Assembly: GCA_017999835.1 (NCBI GenBank)
Contig: JAGNLA010000005.1
Coordinates: 66,263-130,262, forward strand
Length of the DNA stretch: 64,000 bases
DNA from: Caldisericia bacterium
GTDB taxonomy: Bacteria; Caldisericota; Caldisericia; JAAYUI01
Reading direction: 5' to 3'
The position numbers and the translations under genes are program-made. Position 1 is the first letter of the stretch, and every line of letters begins with the position of its first letter. Shown piece after piece: positions 9,396-20,149 of this stretch. Below the pieces are notes generated by a model. It saw nothing but the letters and a program-made list of their open reading frames with translations, was not told where the DNA came from and searched no databases.

Positions 9396-11690
9396 ATGAA
9401 TAAACTTGCCTGTTGTTTTTTGATTGCCTTGCTCAGTTTTCTCCCTGCCTGGACCGACAGGGGCGACAGCGGAAGGTCAGGCACATCAGGCGAGGACGTG
9501 TCTCCAAGGTTCTACGACAACGAAAAAACCGTTGTCAGCCAGATTCTTACACCCATTGGCCAGAACACTTCTATTTCAATCGAACTCAATCCTGCAATGG
9601 CCGATGATTTGATGGTCATTGCCAGCAGGGAGGGAAGGATTTTTGCCCTGTCTGCAAAGGATTTGAGCGAGAAATGGCATCAGGATCTGGTTTTGCTGGG
9701 CACTTACGCAAGCTTCACGGCAAGCCCATGTATTGATGATGGCAAAATCTACGTTCCCTACTATTGGATAAGCTCCGAGCAAGGTTCATCCAACAAAACC
9801 TTTTCTGGCATCTGCTGCTACAACCTCTCTGATGGAAAACTCGAATGGCGAACATCGGATCAAAAGAACTTGATCGAATCAACACCTTTAGTTGACGGCA
9901 ACAGAATAATCTTTGGCTGCAGCGACCGGCAGGTTCATGTGTTGGACAAAACCCAAAAAGGCGCTCCTGACAAAACCTGGACACCAAAGGATTTGGCCGG
10001 CCAGGTGAAAGCCGGCATTGCCAGGCTAAACGATGGCAGGCTCATCGTCGCCTGCCAGGGGCAACCGCACAGCGAAAGTGACTATGTCAAGAATCTTTAC
10101 TGCCTAAACGGAGATGGCAGCATTGCCTGGGGGCCACTGGAAACCAAGGGTTCAATTGACTACACCCCGGCCTGCCGCGACAATTATATATTCGTCACAA
10201 CCTATGGCTACATCCAGGGCAGCAACACTGACATAAACAGCATGCTCTACTGCTTTGACAAGGACAAGTTTCCTGACTCGCTCTGGGGTCAGCAGTATAT
10301 TGGAAAAATAACAGGAAGCCCTGCAACAAACGGCAAATACGTCGTTGCAGCCGACACGGCCGAACAACTTAGAGTCTTTGACATGGCAGGCAACCAGCAG
10401 GCGCAGTACAGGACAGAGGGCGCAGTGCAATGTTCGCCTGTCATCTCTGACCACTTTGTCTACGTGGGCACAGCCAACGGTTACCTTACAATTTATGATC
10501 TTGAACACAAAATTGTTAATAACGAAGAACAAACGCCTGGCGACATCCAAAAACTCAACGTCGGCGCAAACCAAGCCTTTCTGAAATCCTCGCCGGTTAT
10601 TTGGGACCAGAGTCTTTACGCTGTCAACAACATAGGTCATGTGTTCAAGTTCGAGATGATGCCAAACATCTCGGTGACATTCGATAAATCTGACCAGACA
10701 GTTAAGAAAGGTGAAAGATTCTCTTTCAAAGCCACCATCAAAAATGAGCGTAGTGTAAAACTGAAAAAACCACTCAAAGTGACGCTTCGCACCGACGCAG
10801 AGTGGCTAAGCGCTGCGACAAGCACAGTCACAACGCTTGAAGAAGCCAGCCAGTCCAACATCATTGAATTCTCAGGCATTGCCAGAAGCGCCACAACAGA
10901 AAAACTTGAAGCTGAGGTCTTGGTCGAAACCGATGACCCCTATTTGATCATCACGCCTCAAAAACTTTATCTGTCAGTTGCTGAAAAAAACATTCAGGGG
11001 TTTGATGACGGCCAAAATGAGATAATCTGGGACGATAAACCTGAGGGTTCGTTTACGGTCAAAAATGTTGGAAACATGCAGGCAATATTTGATGTTATCA
11101 TCGAGTCAGGTATCCAGCTTCGAACCAGGTCACTGATTCTTGATCCAGGTCAGGAAAAAAGCGTTGAATTCATAATCGACCCAAAGGTGATTGGCTATGA
11201 CGGTTTAAAAACCATTAAGTTCTACTTCAGGTCTGACGGTGAAGACATCGGTAGCTTCACACTGAAAACAACCATCAAACGGGCAATGAAAGTCATCAAA
11301 CTAACAATCGGCAAAAACATTGCCTTCATCGATGATTCACAGATAATCCTTACTCCAGCACCCTTCATATCCAAAGGAATAACTTTTGTCCCACTGAGAT
11401 TTATTTCCGAAGGTCTGGGTTTGCCATCACCTTCGTGGGAAGCTGAAATCAAGACAATTGTCATCGACCTTGGTGGCGATAAATATCTCAGACTCATCAT
11501 CGGCTCATCCAAAGCCTATCTTGACCAGCCGGACGGCTCGATAAAAGAGATACCGCTTCAGTCTCCTGCTCAAATTGTAAACAACCGAACCTGCGTGCCG
11601 TTAAGGCTTATCGCTGAACAATTCGGCTGCAACGTGGAGTGGAAAGCGGCAACCAGAGAGATTGTCATTACAAAAAGGCTTAAACCCTAA
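9396..11690 (+). CDS. Secreted PQQ-like beta-propeller, Ig-like and tandem CuAO-N-like surface protein
   Basis: Signal peptide begins at MNKLACCFLIALLSF. Repeated ..G.L.W motifs suggest propeller blades, and the C-terminus has two VPLR.I.E..G..V.W domains. Confidence 0.7.
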   Translation: MNKLACCFLIALLSFLPAWTDRGDSGRSGTSGEDVSPRFYDNEKTVVSQILTPIGQNTSISIELNPAMADDLMVIASREGRIFALSAKDLSEKWHQDLVLLGTYASFTASPCIDDGKIYVPYYWISSEQGSSNKTFSGICCYNLSDGKLEWRTSDQKNLIESTPLVDGNRIIFGCSDRQVHVLDKTQKGAPDKTWTPKDLAGQVKAGIARLNDGRLIVACQGQPHSESDYVKNLYCLNGDGSIAWGPLETKGSIDYTPACRDNYIFVTTYGYIQGSNTDINSMLYCFDKDKFPDSLWGQQYIGKITGSPATNGKYVVAADTAEQLRVFDMAGNQQAQYRTEGAVQCSPVISDHFVYVGTANGYLTIYDLEHKIVNNEEQTPGDIQKLNVGANQAFLKSSPVIWDQSLYAVNNIGHVFKFEMMPNISVTFDKSDQTVKKGERFSFKATIKNERSVKLKKPLKVTLRTDAEWLSAATSTVTTLEEASQSNIIEFSGIARSATTEKLEAEVLVETDDPYLIITPQKLYLSVAEKNIQGFDDGQNEIIWDDKPEGSFTVKNVGNMQAIFDVIIESGIQLRTRSLILDPGQEKSVEFIIDPKVIGYDGLKTIKFYFRSDGEDIGSFTLKTTIKRAMKVIKLTIGKNIAFIDDSQIILTPAPFISKGITFVPLRFISEGLGLPSPSWEAEIKTIVIDLGGDKYLRLIIGSSKAYLDQPDGSIKEIPLQSPAQIVNNRTCVPLRLIAEQFGCNVEWKAATREIVITKRLKP

Positions 11691-12712
11691 AAGCTGATTC
11701 TGATTTCCGGCTTGCCTTGTTTTGCATATCCGACAATTCCAGCTTGAATGCCTGATTTTAGCAACTTTTTAAGGCAATCGTCCGCTTTGTCGGCATCTAT
11801 AAAAGCCAGCAATCCACCAGAGGTCTGGGCATCACCGATTATGTTTGTCCATTCAGGCGGAAGTTTTGGGTCAATTTTGAGTTTCGACTCCACACTTAAA
11901 ATGTTGTCCATGAGCACCGGACAGGTGTAGATTTTTGCCATCTCAAGAGTATCAGGAAACAATGGAATCCCGGAAACGTTGACGTCCGCACTGATGCCGG
12001 ATTCGTTGAGCAATTCGTACAACGATACGGCAAATCCAAAACCAGTAACATCAGTTGCGCACTTGCAGTCGTAAGCTGAAAGGATTCGAGAAGCTTTGCA
12101 GTTCACCTGGGTCATCGATGGCACGCACTGGTTAAAATCAATTTTCTCTCTTGCAGCATAAAGAATGCCGGTTCCAAGAGGTTTGGTAAGGATGATTGCC
12201 TGTTCAGGCTTTGCCATGTTTGACAGCCTCAGTTGCGAAGGGTTGGCTGTTCCAAAAACTGAGAGCCCGTATTTTACTTCCTGATCTTTTGCCGTGTGTC
12301 CGCCGACGATAAGCACGTTGTGTTCAAGCGCGGCCAAAGCGCAACCTTTTAGGATGTCGGCAAGTTTTGATGTTTCAATCTCTCTCGGGAACAATGCAAT
12401 ATTGAGCGCAAGCAGCGGCTGACCGCCCATGGCGCAGATGTCGGAAACCGAGTTTGCAAATACAATTCTTCCAAATGTTTCAGGATCATCGACAATTGGA
12501 GTGAACACATCGAGGGTAAAGATACCGCATAAATCATCAGTCAGCTTGTATATGGCTGCATCTGACTTTGACAGGTCACCAGTCAGCAAACGCTCATCGG
12601 TCATTTTTGGCAAACTGGATAAAAGTTCTGTAAGGTCACCCGGACCCCATTTGCTTGCTCAACCGGCACATCCGGCCCATTTTGTAAGTTTGAAAACTTC
12701 GTCTCTATCCAT
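11687..12712 (-). CDS. selD: Selenophosphate synthetase, probable selenoprotein with in-frame TGA (Sec) at codon 18
   Basis: Body matches SelD (TPIVDDPETFGRIVFANSVSDICAMGG, ALNIALFP). Extending the minus frame upstream of the listed TTG start gives MDRDEVFKLTKWAGCAG-TGA-ASKWGPGDLTELLSSLPKMTDERLL, with the ATG at 12710-12712. That places the TGA at the conserved N-terminal Cys/Sec position, and a GGTC-cgggt-GACC hairpin follows it. Confidence 0.75.
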
Positions 12713-12720
12713 TAAAACCT

Positions 12721-14649
12721 TTATGGCAGGATAACACAAGCACTACCGTCGGTCAAGCTGATGCGTAAGCCATTCCCATGAGGGGTTGTCACACACGAAC
12801 CATAAAAAATCTGATCCTTGCCTGACCAGACACCTCTATCACAGACAACTGCGCCGGACTCATAAAACTCTATTGGCGTGGCGTCAATCTTGCTTATGCT
12901 GCCATCTGAAATGTCAACACTGTAAAATGACCCAGTTTTTGTTATGTAAATCTTGCCAACATCGGCAAGAGGGTTGAACGCTTTTGTTGAATAAACAGAA
13001 TCACATTGGACAGTCCAAGCCGTTTGCCCATTGGATATAGCTGAAAGCTCACTTCCAGGCTTGATTGACAGCTGGACAAAATTGTCGTTGTTGACATGAT
13101 AACCAGCAATAATAAAGCCTGGGTTGGGATTTTCCTGCGCCATTGTGCTGCCTTTATCAAGGGGGATTGCCTGTCCATCATTTTGGTCAATCATGTAGTA
13201 TCTTGAAGAATCCAGCGATTCGGCAATCCAAACCTGCTCATTGTCGTTCCAAACGATCTGGAGCGGCTCCTCTGCTAGGTTTGTTTCCCATTCGACAGCT
13301 CCTGAATCGGTATTAATACCTACAACTTTTGAACCAGAAAAGAAAACCATGATTGGCGGCTGGGAAGATTTGCAGAAACCGACATTCATCGGTTGTTCTG
13401 GAAGCCAACGATATCTTCTGCTAAGGATTCCTGCACATTTGCCATCGGCCATCATCAAGCCGACACCAAAATCGGATGTTTCACCCATCCGACGCAAAAT
13501 CACTCCTGAAAATGCCTTGCCAAGATCCAGGGCTTTCATTTCAACGGTATCAAACTCAAACAAATGGTCGGCGTGCAAGCTGAAAAATCTTGTCGAATTT
13601 CCAGTCGGTGACTGGATTTGTTTGGCAAAAAGATAAATTATCTGATCTTTTTGCTTTATTTCCTGAGGTGCTCCGGTCAGTTGATCATAAGCTTGTATCA
13701 ACAAAACCGAATCCTTTACGCCTGCCCAGACCAGCTGGGAGCCGTGAGAGCCAAAACCCACTGTCCAATCATGTTTTGGAAGTTTTGCCTGAACTGAATG
13801 TGCCTGGCTGAGGTTTATCTTTATGAAACCATCTTCAATGTATGAGCTAAAAAAACCGCCATTTGCAAACCACTCATGCGCTGAGAATTCTATAGGATTT
13901 GATGACACAGCCATAAAGATATTGTCACGAGAATGAAGCCAGACATACTGTTTTGCAAATGTTTCCGGAATCTCGAGCGTCAACCCTTCGTCCTTCACCA
14001 CCAAGCCTGTGAACCTGTCAAACGAGACCGGTGTGATGCCGGAGAGCTTCCCGTTGTCATAAATCATCAACCCTTCCGGGGTTGAGTCAATAACCATTTT
14101 GTCCTTTTTGTCCATCTGGTTTTTTGGCTGACCTTCAAAGAAAACCTGAATTTTTTTCTTGTCGTCAAACTTAATCTCAAATGGGCCTTTTTCGACAGCT
14201 TTTCCTGAAAGGTTGAATACAAATGAATAGGTTCCAGGAGGTAAGGTTGCCTTTACTGGTGTTTTACCAAGTATCGGAGCTTCGTCGGCTAAAATCGAGA
14301 CCTGAGCTCCCTCCGGTTCTGAAACAAACTCAATTTCTGGATCTGCGCCACAGTTGACGTTTGTTACTTTATCATTCTCAATCGAGAATGTTCCTTCCAG
14401 GGTCATTTTCTGTGCTGCCTGACCAGATATGATTCCTAAAAATTGATAGCTGCCTGTTGGCAGAGTTATGTCAAAAATTGAACCTGTGCCATAAGAATTG
14501 CCATCGATCTCCAATTCAATCGTCTTTTGGCATTCAAGATGCAAAGAGCCTTTTTGGGGCGCAAAAAAAATCAGCTTGGCCACCAGTGCAATGAGAGCAA
14601 CTACAGCAATAGCAACAACCGGAACAATCCATTTCAGTTTTTTGGCCAA
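12721..14649 (-). CDS. Membrane-anchored secreted protein with PEGA-like and beta-propeller-like regions
   Basis: N-terminal transmembrane anchor. Paralogous to the next gene and ends 8 nt before the selD start. Confidence 0.55.
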   Translation of the reverse strand: MAKKLKWIVPVVAIAVVALIALVAKLIFFAPQKGSLHLECQKTIELEIDGNSYGTGSIFDITLPTGSYQFLGIISGQAAQKMTLEGTFSIENDKVTNVNCGADPEIEFVSEPEGAQVSILADEAPILGKTPVKATLPPGTYSFVFNLSGKAVEKGPFEIKFDDKKKIQVFFEGQPKNQMDKKDKMVIDSTPEGLMIYDNGKLSGITPVSFDRFTGLVVKDEGLTLEIPETFAKQYVWLHSRDNIFMAVSSNPIEFSAHEWFANGGFFSSYIEDGFIKINLSQAHSVQAKLPKHDWTVGFGSHGSQLVWAGVKDSVLLIQAYDQLTGAPQEIKQKDQIIYLFAKQIQSPTGNSTRFFSLHADHLFEFDTVEMKALDLGKAFSGVILRRMGETSDFGVGLMMADGKCAGILSRRYRWLPEQPMNVGFCKSSQPPIMVFFSGSKVVGINTDSGAVEWETNLAEEPLQIVWNDNEQVWIAESLDSSRYYMIDQNDGQAIPLDKGSTMAQENPNPGFIIAGYHVNNDNFVQLSIKPGSELSAISNGQTAWTVQCDSVYSTKAFNPLADVGKIYITKTGSFYSVDISDGSISKIDATPIEFYESGAVVCDRGVWSGKDQIFYGSCVTTPHGNGLRISLTDGSACVILP

Positions 14650-16931
14650 GGAATGACCACCTTCTTATCGTCAATTTCTGCTAGCAAAGCCTTGTGCCCT
14701 GATGATTCAAGCGGAGACAATTTGTCGATACCAGTGAAATACCCTTTTATCAACCCATCTCTATCGACAATCCACACTCTGGAATCGACATAAATTGCCA
14801 GATTATACTTGTCTCCATAGACACTCCCGGTATTTGGCAAACCAAGCCCTGGAAGATTGAATGAGAGAACAGGGGAGAGCATGTGCGAACCCAAAACATC
14901 AATCTTGCCTTTGTTGATGTAGACTGGACCCCACGGCGAGGCAAGCAACAACCCTTCCTTGAACGTTCTTTTCCAGGTAGGTTTGAATTTGCCATTTTCA
15001 TCCATTTTGACACCAGACACAACCGTGTTGTTTGAAATAATAAACGATCCTCCAGGACATGCCGTTCCGAGAATTGCTTCTTCGGGGATTAGGGCTCTTG
15101 TACGCCTTTCAAGAATTTCTCCTGTCTTTACATCGAGCCTGTACTCAAAAGGAGATGATGGGTATGAGAGAATAACCACATTCTTACCCTTGGCCTGGGA
15201 TATCGAAGGAGAGGTTTTACGAACTTTATCGATATAACGGCTCCATTTTAGTCTCCCGTCAGGGTAACTGATCGAAGCGACAGTAAAATCAGAGTAGACA
15301 ATAAAAGCATTGCCTGTGTCAAAACCACCATCATAGCAGGCTCCATTGGTTTCAAATGGCGAGTTTAGAAATATCCAGCCTTTGTCTCTGTCTTCTGGCT
15401 TTGGCGGTTCCATCAGCATTGTGAACTTTTCCTTGTTCCACTCCTTGTACTCGACCTGCTTGTAAGGTACGGCAATTGTGGGGTCAAGAATCAGAAGTTT
15501 GCTGTTCCCGGCATTTTTGTAGCTGAAGATAAATATTGGATGGTTGTCAGTCGTTGCCGACATTGACACGCCAAGAAAGGAAGCTGATTCGTCTGATTCA
15601 AGCTCCTTGATATATCTTGATGTTTCTGCACCTTTCACAACTACAGCCTCGATGGCTTTGACGTATCCCTCTCCGTTTACAATTGTCGACCAAACATTTG
15701 CATAACACTGCCATTGGCCTGATTTGTAGCTTGTTGCCGACATGGGGAGAACCGAACCTGAAAAAGTTGTCGAAATGTCTTTCTCGCTCCCAGACTTGAC
15801 TTCAAGACAAAAAGGTGTTGATTTGACATCCGAAGGTACGCCTGCCATACCATAAATATAGTTGGCATCGGTTCCACTCATGATTACCGGTCGAAGGTTG
15901 AATGCTCTGTCGACTTTTTCCACCCATGATTCCTGTCCGGTAATCAGGTCGATACAATCAATCTGCGATTGACCCGTGGCATAAACCAAAGACGAGCCAT
16001 CCTGGGTTACAGTCGTGTACCTTGCATCATTGGGCAGAGTATAAAGATCCTTGCCAAAATACATGCACGGATAATCGATCGAATCAGGCCAGGAGATTTC
16101 AACGGGTTTGCCAACCGATGGAAACATCACCTGCGTGCATAAAATCTGGTAACCGTAACTGAACATGCAGACATTGTGAAACCCGCTTGGCAACAATACC
16201 TGGTCACCTGCGTTGTATTCTTTCCCATCAACTTTGAGCATGGCTCCTTCACGCAATTTTGTGACCAAGAGATTGTATGTGAGCTTTCTCGAGCCTGGCT
16301 GATCAAGTGCAAGGCTATCGAAATCAGTGGATACGACCAAATCTTCGGCTCCTGAGGAAAGAAAACTTCTCGAATATTCTGGAAAGCCAGGAAGCCTCAT
16401 GGTTACTTCATACTGTCCATATGGAAGTTTTGTTTTCAGGGGCGTTTTCCCAAGGTTGAGATCGCCATCCAGAGAGCTGATAATGATTGAGGCTTTGTCG
16501 GGCTTGGATTTAAACTCTACGCTTGAGATACTGACCAGTTCTATCGTTTCGCTCTTTCCAGGCGCAATATCCACTCTTTGTGTATCTTTGGTCATGAATG
16601 GTATTTTTTCTTTTGGAATAGCAACTATTTCATGGCGACCAACTTCGATGTTGGCAAGACCAACCATTGTTCCTGATCCAATCTGCTTGCCATCCACAAC
16701 AAATTCTGATTCCACACCAGCCTTGATCGTTAGTGAAGGTTTGCTTGGCCAGACAGTAACAATGATCATTGCCAACAAAACAAGTAACGTCGCAAAACTA
16801 ATGTAAACGAGAATTTTTTTTACCAAATCCAAGTTTTTTCTGGAAATCGGTTTTTTTATCACCGGTGTATTCGGGTCATATAGGTTGAAGGCCATGGAAA
16901 TAAAGATAAGGCTTGCAGTTTTCATCGTCAA
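14634..16931 (-). CDS. Paralogous membrane-anchored PEGA and propeller-like protein
   Basis: LGKTPL..LP.G.YEV motifs are shared with the 12721..14649 gene, and the two overlap by 16 nt. Confidence 0.55.
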   Translation of the reverse strand: MTMKTASLIFISMAFNLYDPNTPVIKKPISRKNLDLVKKILVYISFATLLVLLAMIIVTVWPSKPSLTIKAGVESEFVVDGKQIGSGTMVGLANIEVGRHEIVAIPKEKIPFMTKDTQRVDIAPGKSETIELVSISSVEFKSKPDKASIIISSLDGDLNLGKTPLKTKLPYGQYEVTMRLPGFPEYSRSFLSSGAEDLVVSTDFDSLALDQPGSRKLTYNLLVTKLREGAMLKVDGKEYNAGDQVLLPSGFHNVCMFSYGYQILCTQVMFPSVGKPVEISWPDSIDYPCMYFGKDLYTLPNDARYTTVTQDGSSLVYATGQSQIDCIDLITGQESWVEKVDRAFNLRPVIMSGTDANYIYGMAGVPSDVKSTPFCLEVKSGSEKDISTTFSGSVLPMSATSYKSGQWQCYANVWSTIVNGEGYVKAIEAVVVKGAETSRYIKELESDESASFLGVSMSATTDNHPIFIFSYKNAGNSKLLILDPTIAVPYKQVEYKEWNKEKFTMLMEPPKPEDRDKGWIFLNSPFETNGACYDGGFDTGNAFIVYSDFTVASISYPDGRLKWSRYIDKVRKTSPSISQAKGKNVVILSYPSSPFEYRLDVKTGEILERRTRALIPEEAILGTACPGGSFIISNNTVVSGVKMDENGKFKPTWKRTFKEGLLLASPWGPVYINKGKIDVLGSHMLSPVLSFNLPGLGLPNTGSVYGDKYNLAIYVDSRVWIVDRDGLIKGYFTGIDKLSPLESSGHKALLAEIDDKKVVIPWPKN

Positions 16932-16949
16932 GTCCTATAATGGGCAATT

Positions 16950-17486
16950 GTGAACAAAGAATTCTATACAAAACCCAACGGACACAAGATAAGCCTCTAT
17001 TATTCCCTCATCATCATCGCAGCTGTGGGCTTTCTGATTGTCCCATCTGAATCATTCAAAACACCCTATGGCTGGTCAATTTTACTGGCCATTCCGATTA
17101 TGTCCGTTCTTATCGTTTTTCTTTCAAGGTTGATCTCAAGAAATGGCATTGCCAGATGCAGAACCAGCCTTGATACAGAAACGGGAACAAAGGGTTTTCA
17201 CATCGGCAACATCTCAATCAATCTTGATGAAGTCAACAAGATCATCAAGATCAACCGTCCAGGCATTTTTGGTAGCGAATTGCAGATTTTTGATGGTAAA
17301 ATCACACCTTCAACCATAATCGTCCTTGGTGAGTTAAGAACACCCGATGAACTCATCGAAACACTTCGAACCATGGCACCAAAAGCCGAGTACAAAGAAA
17401 CAATTTCCAGTATTCACTTCCTTGACTGGGGTCTTGGCGTAAGTCTGGCTGCGCTCATTGTAATCATCATTTCAAAGGTGATGTAA
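16950..17486 (+). CDS. Hypothetical membrane protein
   Basis: Several hydrophobic segments; no recognisable homology. Confidence 0.4.
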   Translation: MNKEFYTKPNGHKISLYYSLIIIAAVGFLIVPSESFKTPYGWSILLAIPIMSVLIVFLSRLISRNGIARCRTSLDTETGTKGFHIGNISINLDEVNKIIKINRPGIFGSELQIFDGKITPSTIIVLGELRTPDELIETLRTMAPKAEYKETISSIHFLDWGLGVSLAALIVIIISKVM

Positions 17487-17489
17487 CCA

Positions 17490-18008
17490 ATGAAAACACT
17501 TGCATCGATACAGGGACATTCAATGGCTGAGAAACTCGTACTTTCGCTTTTTGTTCCAGCTGTTGCCTGCTGGCTTCCATTTTGGAACACTCAGGAGAGA
17601 GCTCTTCTCGTTCTTGGTATCGGCTATCTTTCGGCGATCATCATCTTCTTGATTCTCTCGATTCTTCCAGCAAAACGTATACTGGCCGCCTGGGATGATT
17701 CATCAATCTCCACACCTATGGGCAAAGTAGATATTAACGACATTCAAAACACGACTCTTGTAGATTGCGGTTTACTGACAGGTTGGGAACTCGGATTTCA
17801 GACCAGCAACATCAATCGTGGAAAAAAGAAGATTTTTCTGAATTTGGCAAACAACTTTGACCAGTTCACCTTTGAATTTTTCAAGAATGTCTCCGGAGTC
17901 AACGTAAAAAAAAGATTGTTTGGATCACCCATTGAATGGCTTGTCGGACTGGAAATATCCGCTTTGGCTGTTGGCACACTCAAGCTTGTGCTTTTTGCAA
18001 TCGCTTGA
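17490..18008 (+). CDS. Hypothetical membrane protein
   Basis: Hydrophobic segments; directly follows the preceding gene. Confidence 0.4.
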   Translation: MKTLASIQGHSMAEKLVLSLFVPAVACWLPFWNTQERALLVLGIGYLSAIIIFLILSILPAKRILAAWDDSSISTPMGKVDINDIQNTTLVDCGLLTGWELGFQTSNINRGKKKIFLNLANNFDQFTFEFFKNVSGVNVKKRLFGSPIEWLVGLEISALAVGTLKLVLFAIA

Positions 18009-18265
18009 ATTAGCGCCACATTAGGCTTATAATTCCTTTACCCTGTGGTGTTCGTGATCGCTGACATTTACTGCCTATAAGTGAATGTAGGGATCAGAAT
18101 GCCAGCACTGATGAGCATTTTATTGATGTTCACTGTTATGTTGGCCATAGAAGTGACCCCACCTGCGATAAGGTGCAGGAAATTAAGGTAGACACGGCAT
18201 TTGCGGGGACAATATAAAACATTCCAGGCTTTGGCCAGGCTTGAGCGAAGTGGAGGGTAAAGATA

Positions 18266-18682
18266 ATGAATCAAGAATTCGCTACAGCACTTTCAAGGAT
18301 GCAAAACCTTGAGATAGCCCTCTGGATACTGATCGGAATCCTTTTTGTTGGCATGATGCTCATCATCCTTTTCGTGGTTCCGGCTATACTCCAGGCTAAG
18401 AGAACTTTAAATGAGGCCGAACAGGCCATGAAGACCGTCAACACCGACATTCTTCCAAAAGTAAACGGTATCCTTGATGAATCAGGGCCAGTGATCAAGA
18501 GCACTCTCGCATCACTTACAAATGCAATTCAAACCACACAAAGCATAATATCTGGAGTCGCATCCATTACACAATACATCCCAGTAATACTCCAGCCAGT
18601 ATTTAGGAAAGTATTCACCACATTGTTCAACATTGGAAAATCGTTTTTTGGCAAAAACAAAAAAGGAGGAAAAAATGAGTGA
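18266..18682 (+). CDS. DUF948/YtxG-like membrane protein
   Basis: N-terminal transmembrane segment followed by a coiled coil, and paired with a YtxH-like gene as in ytxGH. Confidence 0.5.
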   Translation: MNQEFATALSRMQNLEIALWILIGILFVGMMLIILFVVPAILQAKRTLNEAEQAMKTVNTDILPKVNGILDESGPVIKSTLASLTNAIQTTQSIISGVASITQYIPVILQPVFRKVFTTLFNIGKSFFGKNKKGGKNE

Positions 18683-18908
18683 CCGTGAAAATGGCTTTTT
18701 TGCAGGCGTGCTCTTCGGAGCTGCTGTAGGTTTCTTGCTTGGAGTTCTTTTTGCCCCGGCAAAGGGTGAGGAAACGCGCAAGGTTATCGCTGACAAATCC
18801 AAGGATGTTGCAGGCGATATACAGTCAAAAACAGAAGAAATCATTGAAAGGATTAAGGCAAAAGTTGGCACCAAAGCTGAGCTTGCCGACGAATCCGAGC
18901 TTCACTAG
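18675..18908 (+). CDS. YtxH-like protein
   Basis: FFAGVLFGAAVGFLLGVLFAPAKGEETR motif. Overlaps the upstream gene by 8 nt. Confidence 0.5.
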   Translation: MSDRENGFFAGVLFGAAVGFLLGVLFAPAKGEETRKVIADKSKDVAGDIQSKTEEIIERIKAKVGTKAELADESELH

Positions 18909-20149
18909 TGCTCAAAGTCTCAAAGGGAGACCTTGAGGTCTTCCTTAAAATTATCATCGCAATAGCAGTCATCGTAGGAGCCGCATTCCTCATTTATGTT
19001 TTGTGGCTCCTACGTTCTGTTATTATTTTATTTCTAATTGCTCTTGTTTTTGTGTTTTTGCTTCGACCTGCTGTTGATTGGCTTTCGAAGGGCAAAATCG
19101 ACATAAAGATGTTGAGGTTTGGCACAAAAACTCTTATAAAACCAAGAACGATTAATATCAAACTCCCCAGGCTCATATCTGTTTTTATAGTCATCATCCT
19201 CATGTTTGTTATCGTGTTGTTCATCGCAACACCAACAATCACAAAAACCATAGATCAGGCCAACAGCTTATTCTCATCAGTAAGCAATAATCTTCCAAGT
19301 ATATCAAACAAGGTCACCGAATGGGTCAAAACATCTTTCAAGATAACAAACGAACAGATTCAGACCTATCTTACATCCGTGCAGACAAGCATTGAAAATT
19401 TTCTTTACGGCGCGGTCAAACAGCTCCCGGATATTTTGAAAAGTATATTCACAACATTTGCCGGCTATCTGTTCAATACATTTATAATTTTGATAATCGC
19501 AATCTTTTTCCTTCTCGACTGGGAAGCTGTCAACCGAGTACTGTTCTCCTTGCTACCCCAAAAAACGGCTGAGACTGCTAAAGGTCTTCTCCATGCTGTC
19601 TATGTCCAGATCTGGGGATACATCAAGGCACAAGCCTCATTGTCTTTTATGATTGGCGCGCTAATTGCAATTTTGTGTCTGATACTTGGTCTTAGCGATG
19701 CTTTCCTGATCATTGGAGTTGTTGTTGCCATAGGCGAAATGGTACCATACATCGGACCGATGATCTCTTTCTCTGTAGGATTCCTGCTTACTTTTGTGAC
19801 TGCCATAACAACAGGCAATTTTGGATTGCTTGTCTGGTATTCTGTCGGTTTCCTGGTCATAGAACAAATCCTTGCCCAGGCTGTAGCTGCCCCGCTAATT
19901 GCCAAAAAAGCCAACACACATCCTCTGCTTGTCATACTCGTCATGTTCAGCTTCTCCACGCTTTTCAGTCCGTATGCTGTTTTGTTAGCTGTTCCATTCC
20001 TTGTTTTTGCCAAGGCAATCATCGGCTACCTGGTCAGCGAAAAGAAAGTGCTTGAGAAACTCGGCATCGCCCTTGAACCTGCAGCGCCACCGTTATCACC
20101 CCTGATCTCAAGGTTGCGACAGCCTTTTGTTAAAGAAATAAAAAAATGA
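18908..20149 (+). CDS. AI-2E family (PerM/YhhT-like) transporter
   Basis: About 8 transmembrane segments and the typical family architecture. The start is GTG. Confidence 0.65.
   Translation: MLKVSKGDLEVFLKIIIAIAVIVGAAFLIYVLWLLRSVIILFLIALVFVFLLRPAVDWLSKGKIDIKMLRFGTKTLIKPRTINIKLPRLISVFIVIILMFVIVLFIATPTITKTIDQANSLFSSVSNNLPSISNKVTEWVKTSFKITNEQIQTYLTSVQTSIENFLYGAVKQLPDILKSIFTTFAGYLFNTFIILIIAIFFLLDWEAVNRVLFSLLPQKTAETAKGLLHAVYVQIWGYIKAQASLSFMIGALIAILCLILGLSDAFLIIGVVVAIGEMVPYIGPMISFSVGFLLTFVTAITTGNFGLLVWYSVGFLVIEQILAQAVAAPLIAKKANTHPLLVILVMFSFSTLFSPYAVLLAVPFLVFAKAIIGYLVSEKKVLEKLGIALEPAAPPLSPLISRLRQPFVKEIKK

Noticed and set aside
18009-18265. Possible structured RNA or riboswitch in the 257-nt spacer before the DUF948 gene
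   Set aside because: A promoter-like TTGACA...TATAAG and some short stems are visible, but there is no convincing conserved structure or known motif.
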